This document shows, piece after piece, positions 29,543 to 38,670 of a stretch of 64,000 bases of DNA. A model generated the notes under the pieces. The model did not search any database and was not told the origin of the DNA. It was given only the letters and a program-made list of their open reading frames with translations. How positions within the stretch are numbered: the stretch's first letter is position 1; every line of letters starts with the position of its first letter. The stretch comes from a virus (Duplodnaviria > Caudoviricetes): the IMG/VR virus record IMGVR_UViG_3300035208_002958, positions 1 through 64,000 of that record; one strand, 5' to 3'. The position numbers and the translations under genes were made by a program.

Positions 29543-30313
29543 TCATTTACCCAGAAATTCTCGGATCATTTCACGCACTTCGATGCTATAATCATGACAC
29601 TTGAAAATCTGATATGTATCATTATCTTCGTTGAACCACGTTAGGTAGCAATCGCCGATCTCCAGATTGGTATTCTTCTGGATGATGTGCTTGTACAAAC
29701 TCAACTGGAGTGAATAGATGTCGAGTTTCGCATTGCTAATGTGATCGACAGGAGCTTGAAGTTTGTAGCGGCTTTCAGTGTCGATCTTCTCGTTGGTTTT
29801 CCAGTCCCAAAGTTCCAGTTTACCAGATTTTTTGTTGTAGAAAATTTGGTCAATCATTCCACACAAACCGTACTCGATATCACCCACCACGAATTCGGAT
29901 CGAACTGGTATCATCTTACCCCTGATATCATCATAGAACTTATGTACCAGTGGGATGATCTTGTTATACTTCTGGCGTACTGGATCTTGTCCTTCGAAAA
30001 TCGGACGAATGTGGCTTGCTGGGTATGGGAATACTTTGTTACTCAAATAATTCTCAACATACGCATGGACGGCAGTTCCCTTCTCGCATGCAACATTGGC
30101 TTTATACTTCCACTGAGCCTTGATTTCTTCTGCGGTAACTCCCTGTTCGTCGGCTTTTTTCTGTGCCCAATAATCGGAATCGAATGGTTTCTCAGCCATT
30201 CCGATCAGCTTAGTGACCGAAATAGCTTTTACACCGTTCATGTAATAAATATGCGGCTCGTCATGATATACAATGTGGTTGAACTTATCCAGCTCTTCAA
30301 ATACTTCAAACAT
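29543..30313 (-). CDS. PD-(D/E)XK exonuclease (Cas4/RecB-like)
   Basis: SVT, GT.VH...E, E..V, GMID, DWKT, Y.LQLS.Y. Confidence 0.85.
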   Translation of the reverse strand: MFEVFEELDKFNHIVYHDEPHIYYMNGVKAISVTKLIGMAEKPFDSDYWAQKKADEQGVTAEEIKAQWKYKANVACEKGTAVHAYVENYLSNKVFPYPASHIRPIFEGQDPVRQKYNKIIPLVHKFYDDIRGKMIPVRSEFVVGDIEYGLCGMIDQIFYNKKSGKLELWDWKTNEKIDTESRYKLQAPVDHISNAKLDIYSLQLSLYKHIIQKNTNLEIGDCYLTWFNEDNDTYQIFKCHDYSIEVREMIREFLGK

Positions 30314-30571
30314 AATAACACTTTAATTCGTTTATTATCAATATATTTTAATCGAATTAAGGATTTTGAAGAAAATAATCACTTGGAATGTTTCGTACAC
30401 AACGTTATTCCAATGCCCACCAGAGCAAATGTCATCATTACTCCTCTAGCACCTTCACTCCAACTCATAGGATCAATCGAACCTAATACGAATGCAAATA
30501 CTAGCATCATTCCTATGAACCAAGAGAATGCAATCACTAGGTCTTCAATCAATACTTTCTTCTGATATGTG

Positions 30572-31057
30572 TCATTTTGTTACCGGAACCCTATCGTGTT
30601 TTAGATGTCCATCACCGCATTCAGAACATACGCAGTGATTTCGGTCTTTATATGATGCAGTATCGCTCATGTTTACTATATATCCCATATAAGTAGAACT
30701 GTGTCCAGTGTTTCCACACTTAGGACATGCAGCATGTAGACGCTCATACTCGTCCACGAACTCTTTATATTTCTTATGGGACTCTTCCCGTCGAATACGA
30801 TCAATGATAGTATTGTTCGATTTGTCAGTATTATTTGGATAGGAAGCGATGGTCACAAATTCTTTATGTGAATATCTATACCGCATACCACGCACTTCTT
30901 CTTCGATAATATCTTTCAGAACACCATCGATATGAGGCTTACATAGTTCCAGCAGCATTGTTAGTCGCTTCGCATCGGTCTGCTCTTCATTCAATCTGCG
31001 TTGCAATTTCTTATACCGATTTTTCAATACTCGGATTGCTTTATGTTCTTCATTCAT
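30572..31057 (-). CDS. Hypothetical Zn-finger protein
   Basis: CPKCG and C.CSECG. Confidence 0.55.
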   Translation of the reverse strand: MNEEHKAIRVLKNRYKKLQRRLNEEQTDAKRLTMLLELCKPHIDGVLKDIIEEEVRGMRYRYSHKEFVTIASYPNNTDKSNNTIIDRIRREESHKKYKEFVDEYERLHAACPKCGNTGHSSTYMGYIVNMSDTASYKDRNHCVCSECGDGHLKHDRVPVTK

Positions 31058-32451
31058 TGTAGAATCCTCAACAGTTTACTTGCACGAGTGAAAGCAGTAT
31101 ATTTCAGCTTGTTTCTGATAGTATCATTCCATGTAAGTCGATTCATGTCACGCTCGATTATATACACTCGTTCAATAGTTGAACCTTGGCTTTTATGTGT
31201 AGTCATCGCATAAGAGTACTTGACCCAACTGAACTCATTCTTGAATCTATAATAATGAGACCATGCTTCGCCCTTACTATACATGTTAACGACTTTTCCC
31301 TTGCGGGTAGTCTTCATAAGCTCACGTTCTTTTGCTTCAACTGACAGCTCGGATAGAGTAGCCTTGTATAGATGAGCATCCTCTTCATGAATAACCTTTA
31401 TCTTATGCTGTTTAGGTGCTTTAGCCTCGTAGTTAACTACCGTCAGTTCCCATACTCGGAATCCGTGTTCGATGTCTTTCACTATGTCAGCTTGTTTAAC
31501 TCGGAGGCGTTCACCCACAGTAAATAGAATGTCGGTCACATACTTGTTGATCTTAACCATCACTGGACTTGATACGATCAAGTTTTCCCCAATCATAAAT
31601 TGGTCGAGAGTTTTAGTTTCAAATATTCTGCGGCGAATATGCAAATTCATTGCATTGACTGCTTTATTCGTATAAGCAATCGCTCGGACATAATTACTGT
31701 TTTTCTTGTACTCGTCGGTAACGAAATCATCATACATCATTTCCATGAACTCATCACGGTTATCATGGAACTCAACCCCATTTCCGTTTTCGGTTAGCAT
31801 CGTCTTGCGTTCGAATAGGTCAATGGGTGAATCAATCTTGCTACGGATCGGAGTCACGATTTTGATAATTGGATTGTCTTTACTGACTCGCTGTACTTCA
31901 ATCAGATTAACTCGATTCTTAAGTTTGAATACAGTCGATTCGACACATTCCACTTCTTGGTTATTCTCGTCTACTACCGTGTTAACAGGAGGTAACTGAG
32001 CATCGTCCCCAACGTAGATCATCTTGATATTTGGATGTGATTTGAGCTGAGTTTCGATCTTACTCAACAACTCATCACCGACCATAGAGGCTTCGTCCAA
32101 TACAACTAGATCGTACTCTTCCAGTTTCGGTTTCCCGATCTGCTTGATATATGGTTTCTGTCCTTCTTCTTCAATCAGAACCAACCCAAGAAGTGAAAAT
32201 ATCGTTTTTTCAAAGTCTTCACCAGTTGTAATACTCAGTACTCGGACAGCTTCATTGGTCGGAGCGGTGCATGTGCTTTTAGCGTGACGGCGTACTTTAC
32301 GGACTTCATTCAGGAATACATTGACTAGGGTTGTTTTTCCGGTGCCAGCGTAACCCGCCAGAATCATTTGTCTGGCTGCTCCAACAGCAAAATCCAGCAT
32401 ATACTGGAGAGCACGTTCTTGTTCATCGGATAAATCTTTTCTTGTAATCAT
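31054..32451 (-). CDS. dda: Dda/RecD-like SF1B helicase
   Basis: GYAGTGKT, APTN.A, DEASM, GD..QLPPV, YAMTTHKSQGST, YTA.TRA. Confidence 0.92.
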   Translation of the reverse strand: MITRKDLSDEQERALQYMLDFAVGAARQMILAGYAGTGKTTLVNVFLNEVRKVRRHAKSTCTAPTNEAVRVLSITTGEDFEKTIFSLLGLVLIEEEGQKPYIKQIGKPKLEEYDLVVLDEASMVGDELLSKIETQLKSHPNIKMIYVGDDAQLPPVNTVVDENNQEVECVESTVFKLKNRVNLIEVQRVSKDNPIIKIVTPIRSKIDSPIDLFERKTMLTENGNGVEFHDNRDEFMEMMYDDFVTDEYKKNSNYVRAIAYTNKAVNAMNLHIRRRIFETKTLDQFMIGENLIVSSPVMVKINKYVTDILFTVGERLRVKQADIVKDIEHGFRVWELTVVNYEAKAPKQHKIKVIHEEDAHLYKATLSELSVEAKERELMKTTRKGKVVNMYSKGEAWSHYYRFKNEFSWVKYSYAMTTHKSQGSTIERVYIIERDMNRLTWNDTIRNKLKYTAFTRASKLLRILQ

Positions 32452-32510
32452 ACGCTCAAATATAGAAAAAATAGAGCAATTAGTAAGTTATTATCTGCGA
32501 ATATCAGAAA

Positions 32511-32519
32511 TTATAAACT
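32511..32519 (+). promoter_or_regulatory. Representative putative late promoter TTATAAACT
   Basis: Also at 1265, 8059, 8519, 14375 (+) and 21027, 61828 (-); mostly 22-35 nt before a start codon. Confidence 0.65.
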
Positions 32520-32553
32520 AAGAGTAATCACAGTGACCATATTGGAGTAAAAT

Positions 32554-33330
32554 ATGCCAATCGATGCAAGAAAAAGCCACGAGGATATCGTATCCGAACT
32601 AATCAAAGAATATAAGGATTCCGGTAAGATAGGAAATACCGAACCTAGAGATATGGCACATGCTCAGTCAATAGCTAATGCCATCGCTTATAGCGAAAAA
32701 GAAAAGGGCAAGAAGAAAGCAAAAGTGGAAGCACTCGAAAAGCATATCAAGTCCCTTATTCGTCCCGAAAACCAATCGTTCTTGGAAGGTGTTGTTCTGG
32801 AAGGATTCAAAGCATGCTTCGAAGGTATCAGTAACGGTCTAGATGATACTCCAGTTCGCAGAATGGGACGCACATTCTTCTATGATAACGCTGAAGGTAA
32901 ATACTACGAACCTGCGTCCGATATGTATATTGAAACTGAAGATTTCGAAGCATTGGATAGAGCTGATACCAATGCCCAGCAGCAATATGTAGTTCGTATT
33001 CAGAAAGGTATCGATAATACTCAATCTCCTAAAGAACTCAACAAATTGATGCAAGCAAAACATTTGTATTGGGATCAGGACTCAGCAAGAGAAGCGGAAG
33101 CGTTCGCAATGAAACTCTCCGGTGATATGCCAATGATGGAAGCTGATGATCTCGAATCCGATGACATCGTTCGTATGGATACCAATTCAATGACCGCTGA
33201 TGAAATCGATGTAGTGCAGACTCAATTGGATGCACTGAAAGTCGAAAAAGCCGACATTGAAAAGAAAGAAGAAGCATTGAAGAATTCAGCCGCTGCATTC
33301 TCACTCAATGATGATAAAACCAATGCGTAA
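32554..33330 (+). CDS. Putative late/virion internal protein
   Basis: TATAAACT at 32512; shared motif. Confidence 0.55.
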   Translation: MPIDARKSHEDIVSELIKEYKDSGKIGNTEPRDMAHAQSIANAIAYSEKEKGKKKAKVEALEKHIKSLIRPENQSFLEGVVLEGFKACFEGISNGLDDTPVRRMGRTFFYDNAEGKYYEPASDMYIETEDFEALDRADTNAQQQYVVRIQKGIDNTQSPKELNKLMQAKHLYWDQDSAREAEAFAMKLSGDMPMMEADDLESDDIVRMDTNSMTADEIDVVQTQLDALKVEKADIEKKEEALKNSAAAFSLNDDKTNA

Positions 33331-33832
33331 AGATAAGTTCATAGATTTCTTGAAAAGACTGGATGTCAATGACAGTCTGTTTGAGGCTATTATGAGCGGA
33401 TTTGAGGCCATCAATTCGTGGAACCCTAACGTATCCCCTATTACTCCCTATACGAACCCAGTGGGCGAACCTATGGGGGACTATAAGAACATCATGAAGC
33501 AACTCCCCAGTCAGGTTGGTGCTTTAGGGGCTGGTGGCAGCTCTGCGGGTGGAAATGGAACTTATAAGTATGAACCATCTCTTGCGAATCCTACCCGAAA
33601 TATCGGAGAGGAAACTAAAGAACAATGGGAAGATGCTCCCCATTTTCCTAAATACACAAAAAGATCGGATCAGACTACCAGACGGTTGATGAAAAAAGCT
33701 CAGGAACATATGCCTATTGCTGCAATGACAACTCCCGATCAGATCGCATACTACACCAACATGGATCACATGGGAATGTATGACATGGACTACACGAAAG
33801 CGGGAGCTTCGGTTCCTTCTCCGGGGCCTTAA
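33308..33832 (+). CDS. Putative late/virion internal protein
   Basis: Downstream of and overlapping the 32554 gene; shared N-terminal motif. Confidence 0.55.
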   Translation: MMIKPMRKDKFIDFLKRLDVNDSLFEAIMSGFEAINSWNPNVSPITPYTNPVGEPMGDYKNIMKQLPSQVGALGAGGSSAGGNGTYKYEPSLANPTRNIGEETKEQWEDAPHFPKYTKRSDQTTRRLMKKAQEHMPIAAMTTPDQIAYYTNMDHMGMYDMDYTKAGASVPSPGP

Positions 33833-33965
33833 CCAGTAAACAGTTCGATGAACTGGCTCTTGGTGATAACTCCTTGTTTGATCCACATCCAGACAAGATT
33901 TAATTGCTCTTCCTTCGTAAGGAGAGCTTTTATTTTTTCCTTCCGTCTTTCAAACTCGTAGTTAA

Positions 33966-34448
33966 TCATGATTCAATCGGCCTCCAATAGTGAACATCTT
34001 TGATGGTGGCTTTGTCTGCATATGGAATATCGCAACTCAGAGTACGGGTATAATAGAACATACCATTGTCCATCAATTTACCCTTCCATGCGTTCCATGT
34101 AAAAATCTCGACCTCAACTCCGATTTCAGGAAGCCGATCTTTAGTAGAAATCCAATTAGTAGGAAGTTCACCTTCATCCGCTGATACCATCTGCATATCT
34201 ACTTCAACTGCTTCAAGATGCTGCTCAAGCTCATCATGTTGGTGATATCCACGTATCAAATCCATTTGATAAAATCCAGATGTCTTGAATGCACTTACGG
34301 CACGACCTTTCGTGCTGTACGTCAAGATACGCTTGATATCATGTTCATCGGATACAGGAACTAGATATCGATCCCTCACATTGCCCTTTGCAATGAGAGT
34401 ACGATCTTTGCTCATGATGACCCAGACTTTCTTACTTGATATAATCAT
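33966..34448 (-). CDS. Hypothetical protein with DUF551-like C-terminus
   Basis: WIS.KDRLP...V.YWRP. Confidence 0.55.
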   Translation of the reverse strand: MIISSKKVWVIMSKDRTLIAKGNVRDRYLVPVSDEHDIKRILTYSTKGRAVSAFKTSGFYQMDLIRGYHQHDELEQHLEAVEVDMQMVSADEGELPTNWISTKDRLPEIGVEVEIFTWNAWKGKLMDNGMFYYTRTLSCDIPYADKATIKDVHYWRPIES

Positions 34449-34698
34449 TTCTGAACTTTAATCCTTTGCAGTCGATTTCGAAATCACTGAATGTATATCC
34501 AATCGGATTGAGAGCTTCTTCTACTTCTCCCTTCGACAGAAAATGCACATCTTCAACGGCTATCGAGACAGCAGAAATTAAGGTAAAATTGGATAGGTTA
34601 ATCACATTGATGTGATGGTCTCCAGTTCGCACAATGAGCCAGTGTTCACCCGGACCACCTTTAATAATGGAACCAACACCAACGTGTTTTTCATTCAT
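34432..34698 (-). CDS. Hypothetical protein
   Basis: Likely start MNEKHVG; upstream part of the track ORF overlaps the next gene. Confidence 0.45.
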   Translation of the reverse strand: MNEKHVGVGSIIKGGPGEHWLIVRTGDHHINVINLSNFTLISAVSIAVEDVHFLSKGEVEEALNPIGYTFSDFEIDCKGLKFRNDYIK

Positions 34699-34726
34699 TT
34701 CAGTGATTCCAGAACCTCTAAACATT

Positions 34727-35155
34727 TTACTCCTCATCGTACTCATCCGAGTAATCATCTGCGTATTCGTCTTCTTCCTCTTCTTCTTCGAAATCGTAAT
34801 TGAAACCGTCTTCTTCCTCTTCACATTCGAATTCGAAGTCATCACTACTGGGAGATGGGACAAAACTAGGACCTTGATATTCACCCCAATCATTAGCTTC
34901 CAGCAATTTCTGAATAGTTTCCAGATCGGGCAATTCAGGAGTGAATTTTCCGAAAAAAATGTTTTCCATTTCTCGATCTTTGATACCAAGCTTTCGAATG
35001 ACAGAAGCTACCCCAGAACTGTGAATGCCTATATCATGATCGAATCCATCATCTTTGTAGCCACGTTCAGTGTTACTCAGACCCAACATGTAATCAGCGT
35101 CATCTCCGCCGAAAATTTCAGGTATTGTGGTGCTCAACTCGAAATAATATTTCAT
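34727..35155 (-). CDS. Acidic hypothetical protein
   Basis: AGGA SD directly after the tRNA; D/E-rich tail. Confidence 0.6.
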   Translation of the reverse strand: MKYYFELSTTIPEIFGGDDADYMLGLSNTERGYKDDGFDHDIGIHSSGVASVIRKLGIKDREMENIFFGKFTPELPDLETIQKLLEANDWGEYQGPSFVPSPSSDDFEFECEEEEDGFNYDFEEEEEEDEYADDYSDEYDEE

Positions 35156-35177
35156 ACACAGATCCTTTTATGAATTA

Positions 35178-35265
35178 TGCGAATGAGGGGGTTCGAACCC
35201 ATGATGGACTTGTTACAGTCAAGAGATTTAGAGTCTCCCGCCTTCGACCGCTCGGCCACATCCGC
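35178..35265 (-). tRNA. Amber suppressor tRNA, anticodon CUA, type II (long variable arm; Tyr- or Leu-like)
   Basis: GCGGATG/CATTCGC-A acceptor, TGGCCGAGCGGTCGAAGGC D arm, GGAGA-CTCTAAA-TCTCT anticodon arm, GGTTCGAACC T arm; CCA not encoded. Confidence 0.9.
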
Positions 35266-35310
35266 TTAGTATGGAGTAATATAGAAAAAAATTAGTACTT
35301 GTCAAACAAT

Positions 35311-35338
35311 AAAAAGCCCTCAATCGAGGGCTTTTTTG
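35311..35338. terminator. Bidirectional rho-independent terminator
   Basis: AAAAGCCCTC-aatc-GAGGGCTTTTT. Confidence 0.8.
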
Positions 35339-35557
35339 TTATTTGGTTTCTTCCAGTGCTGATATCAATTTGTGGATAACCTTATCGGCAAATTCTCTTG
35401 CTTCAGTACCATCTACAAAGTGATATTCACGGGGACAGCAACCATGTCGGCAGCCGTTGTCGTGTTCGATCTCGAATCTACTATCATCGATAGCTTCTAC
35501 AATCGTCTCACGGAGAAGATCTAGAAACAATTCATCGGTATTGACAGGGGAAGCCAT
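35339..35557 (-). CDS. Hypothetical protein
   Basis: TAATG coupling; followed by a terminator. Confidence 0.55.
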   Translation of the reverse strand: MASPVNTDELFLDLLRETIVEAIDDSRFEIEHDNGCRHGCCPREYHFVDGTEAREFADKVIHKLISALEETK

Positions 35558-35973
35558 TATACAACCTCCACCGAATACATGAGATCTCGATTGATCTTAC
35601 CTGTGGCAGCATCGAACGAGTCAGCCAGTTCCTTAGATCCTGTATACGATTCGATAAAAGACTTTACCAAATTCATATTGAGGTCTTCATTGGAACGCTG
35701 CTCAATCTGATCGATTGACCGACCCTTCAAAAGGGCGTAGGCAACATGCATATGTCTGCGTACATAGGTTTTATCCCATACACTAACAACCTGAGGAATT
35801 TTTTGAGTTGCTTCCCATTTATTCACAAACGCAACTAGTGCATTTGCATTCTGGGGATAGTAAGGATCGCTGCGTTGAGCATCTTTGAATACCTTGTTGT
35901 ATTCTTTGGTGTATTCAGCGATGAGCTTGATGTCGCTCTTGAAATTTTCGATTTCAGTGTGTTTCGTATTCAT
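35557..35973 (-). CDS. Phage protein with RxxHxAYxLLxG motif; SD occluded by a hairpin
   Basis: RHMHVAYALLKGRSIDQIE; TAAGGAG SD. Confidence 0.65.
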   Translation of the reverse strand: MNTKHTEIENFKSDIKLIAEYTKEYNKVFKDAQRSDPYYPQNANALVAFVNKWEATQKIPQVVSVWDKTYVRRHMHVAYALLKGRSIDQIEQRSNEDLNMNLVKSFIESYTGSKELADSFDAATGKINRDLMYSVEVV

Positions 35974-35982
35974 TTTTATTTT

Positions 35983-36090
35983 CTCCTTAATTAGTTCGAA
36001 ACATTTTGATTGAAATAGTGTGTAACCGTCAATCAGACTAATTTAAGGAGGTCGTGCGTGGTATACCTAGTAACTCATGGTATTTCCTTT
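35983..36090 (-). promoter_or_regulatory. Translational attenuator: uORF MSY-TAG-VYHARPP-TAA (36078..36043) plus SD-sequestering hairpin
   Basis: CTCCTTAAATTAGT (36050..36037) pairs with ACTAATTAAGGAG (35995..35983); inner stem TGATTGA/TCAATCA; uORF has an AAGGA SD. Confidence 0.7.
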
Positions 36091-36118
36091 TGTTAAAATT
36101 TCGTGTTCTTCAATACCT

Positions 36119-36146
36119 AATATAGATAAAAAAGAACATCTGTCAA
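36119..36146 (-). promoter_or_regulatory. Representative early/middle promoter TTGACA-N16-TATATT
   Basis: Same motif at 1237, 2490, 10883, 17219, 20301, 29505, 35278, 45593, 46367, 54373 (-) and 54703, 55816, 58562 (+). Confidence 0.85.
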
Positions 36147-36676
36147 TCAACTTTTTCCAAATTCATATATTTTTTGTTCGTTTCTCCCAGAAACTTATAC
36201 GTGACGTAGATGAAATCGCCTTTATCAACGTCACCTACGATATCCCATTGATTTTTATCGAATTCAGGAAACTTGGTATCACCATCGTAGTCGCCTTTGA
36301 TAAAAGAGATGTGCATAAAATCAACTAGATCATTGGCCAGTGCGTGTTCATAAATGGTAGCACCCCCAATGATAAAAGTATTGGGAGACTCTGATCCCAG
36401 AGACGCAGAGAACAGGGCATCTTCAACTGAAACTGCCCAGCGAACATTCGATCCAGAGTCGAATGCCGATGGTTGGATACGAGATACCACATGATTGCGG
36501 CGATTTGGGAGGCCGTTGGGCATCTTTAATGAATCAAAGGTCTTTCGCCCCATGATTACATCAGAATGACTTGTAAGCTCCTTAAAATGCTTCAGATCGG
36601 AAGGGATATGCCACGGAAGCGTTCCATTATTTCCGATCACACCGTTTGGTGTCATCGCTACGATCAAGTGTACCAT
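36143..36676 (-). CDS. folA: Dihydrofolate reductase
   Basis: IG.NG.LPW....DL.HFK..T, IMGRKT, LPNR.N, IIGG..IY, GDT.FP. Confidence 0.95.
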   Translation of the reverse strand: MVHLIVAMTPNGVIGNNGTLPWHIPSDLKHFKELTSHSDVIMGRKTFDSLKMPNGLPNRRNHVVSRIQPSAFDSGSNVRWAVSVEDALFSASLGSESPNTFIIGGATIYEHALANDLVDFMHISFIKGDYDGDTKFPEFDKNQWDIVGDVDKGDFIYVTYKFLGETNKKYMNLEKVD

Positions 36677-37662
36677 TATTGATCAGCTCCATTATTATCA
36701 GATATTTCAGTTGTTCTGAGAGCTGCTCCAAGGATAAGACTGGACGGATCATCCATAATTTTCTTGAATGCCGCAGCTCTTTCCAGAATCTCAGGGACAT
36801 AACCTTCGGTCTCAGTGGTTAAATTCAATGCACATCGAACTTTATCCAAATGTGTGTATCGATCCTTTTCGGCGGTGGTTAACTCTTCGCCATCCTTGAG
36901 TCGTTCACGAAGGGCAGTGTATTCAGTTTCGACTTCGGTTTTACCACGTTTGTAATCGGGGTCATTCTTATACGCTGGCTTCAAAACAACGCCACGGCTC
37001 TGATATGAACCACCATTGTAATGTCCGAGTGCCAGTCGTACATCGCCGTTATACTTAGCCATCAAGTGATCCAAATAATAAGTTCCCATTTTGATGTTTA
37101 CCTGAGGATTGAATCGAAGACTATCAGTGTACACGATACCTAGTTCTTTACTCAACCAGCGACCAGTTTCTTCCATCACTTGCATGAGTCCCTGTGCTTG
37201 CACTTCACTCATCGAGTAATTGCGAAACTTACTTTCCTGTGCAATAACCGATGCAACCAATGAAATGTCAAGTCCATGACGAGTAGATTCATCAACAATC
37301 CACGTTGCATATCGATGTCGTGGTTCTTGTTTGAGTCGTTTGTTCTTTGCCATGTTACGTTGCGTATACGAGATCAGCTTTTCAACCGAAATGATTTTCC
37401 AGCGTCTAACATGGTCTTGTGTGATACCAGCCTGTAACCGATTCACTTGTTGTTCTCGATAAACAATCAGACTGTCCAGTCGCTGATTGTTCATTTCATT
37501 CATCTGAATCAATTTATCCTCGAAACTTGATTTCATCGAAGTCATCGAGATAACAAAGATAAGAACTACTGCGAGGAATATTGATCCTCCGATCAGCAAA
37601 TTCTTTCGTACTTCTTTCTTGTGTAACAACTGTACATAATTCTTGAAGCTGTCAGTATTCAT
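36676..37662 (-). CDS. Membrane-anchored SLT lytic transglycosylase
   Basis: N-terminal TM; QES, GLMQ, N...GT.YL, YNGG, ET..YV. Confidence 0.88.
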   Translation of the reverse strand: MNTDSFKNYVQLLHKKEVRKNLLIGGSIFLAVVLIFVISMTSMKSSFEDKLIQMNEMNNQRLDSLIVYREQQVNRLQAGITQDHVRRWKIISVEKLISYTQRNMAKNKRLKQEPRHRYATWIVDESTRHGLDISLVASVIAQESKFRNYSMSEVQAQGLMQVMEETGRWLSKELGIVYTDSLRFNPQVNIKMGTYYLDHLMAKYNGDVRLALGHYNGGSYQSRGVVLKPAYKNDPDYKRGKTEVETEYTALRERLKDGEELTTAEKDRYTHLDKVRCALNLTTETEGYVPEILERAAAFKKIMDDPSSLILGAALRTTEISDNNGADQ

Positions 37663-37877
37663 CCATTTCTCCTATGCATTTCCCGTGGCCGATCCACCTA
37701 GGTGAATCCCTGCGACAATATGTACCACGTGTCTATACATCATAGTTATTCCAATCTGCAATATGCTTAATGTCAGCAGTGAATTGAAATATAGAAAGAA
37801 AATGAATTTTGTAAAGCATCGATATGCAACAAAATGGGCGAATGTCCATTTCTGTGCTAAAATAGCCACTTTTTTGA

Positions 37878-38165
37878 TTAAAAATGTTCAAATAAGTTCA
37901 CGAATACAGGACATTGATCGCCTAAATACTCACATGCTCGGCGAGTATTGTAATCGAAATACTCAATCGCTTCTTCATGTGTCATGCCATCACGAGTCAT
38001 GAGAATTTCGATGCACTTCACTTCGTCATACACAGGCACTGTCTGCTTCGTACCAGTCGTAGTGTGACCAATGAGAGCATCTTCATACCCATCGGGAAAC
38101 ACGATTTCGACTTCTTCCATCTCGGCAATTTCTGCGAGAAACTCTTTTTTTGATGAGAAATCCAT
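37878..38165 (-). CDS. Conserved phage hypothetical protein
   Basis: DG...A.IG, VYD...CI..L..DGM..EEA.EYF.YN. Confidence 0.7.
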   Translation of the reverse strand: MDFSSKKEFLAEIAEMEEVEIVFPDGYEDALIGHTTTGTKQTVPVYDEVKCIEILMTRDGMTHEEAIEYFDYNTRRACEYLGDQCPVFVNLFEHF

Positions 38166-38208
38166 ACTATCTCCTTATTTCCAAGAAAGATAGCAAATAA
38201 ATCACCGA

Positions 38209-38670
38209 TCACTTAATCTTTTTTGGTTCAACTGCAATGTAATTGAGCTGATAGTCAGGAGAAATTACACCACTTGGGTCCATGACACCATACCCGACAG
38301 GGAAAAACTCTACCGAATTCAACCCATTCGTCTGCAAGATTCCAGCAAGCTTTCTACCATCTCGGTTCAATCGTGTCTGACAATGGATGACTAGTTTGTT
38401 ACCCACGATCTCGCCGCTGATTACATCGGCCATTACTTTCTGATTCCACGCTTCAGCAATAGAAACATTCTTAGCCTTTCGTTCGACTGGATTCATTTCC
38501 TGTACAATGATTCTTGGCTTAACAGTAAACCGTTCAACTAACCGTCTAATGATATCAATTGTGTAGATTTCACCATTGGGAACCGTTGGCATTCCGGCAA
38601 CCATCAGTACAGCCGAGAACTCATATTTTTCTTCTTTCGGATTAGTATTCGTAGTCATAGAGAGTTCCAT
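38209..38670 (-). CDS. Hypothetical protein
   Basis: ORF in operon; NG.IY motif. Confidence 0.55.
   Translation of the reverse strand: MELSMTTNTNPKEEKYEFSAVLMVAGMPTVPNGEIYTIDIIRRLVERFTVKPRIIVQEMNPVERKAKNVSIAEAWNQKVMADVISGEIVGNKLVIHCQTRLNRDGRKLAGILQTNGLNSVEFFPVGYGVMDPSGVISPDYQLNYIAVEPKKIK

Noticed and set aside
29543-30313. Cas4 as part of a CRISPR-Cas system
   Set aside because: Lacks the Fe-S cysteine cluster and cas neighbours; a typical solo phage PD-(D/E)XK exonuclease.
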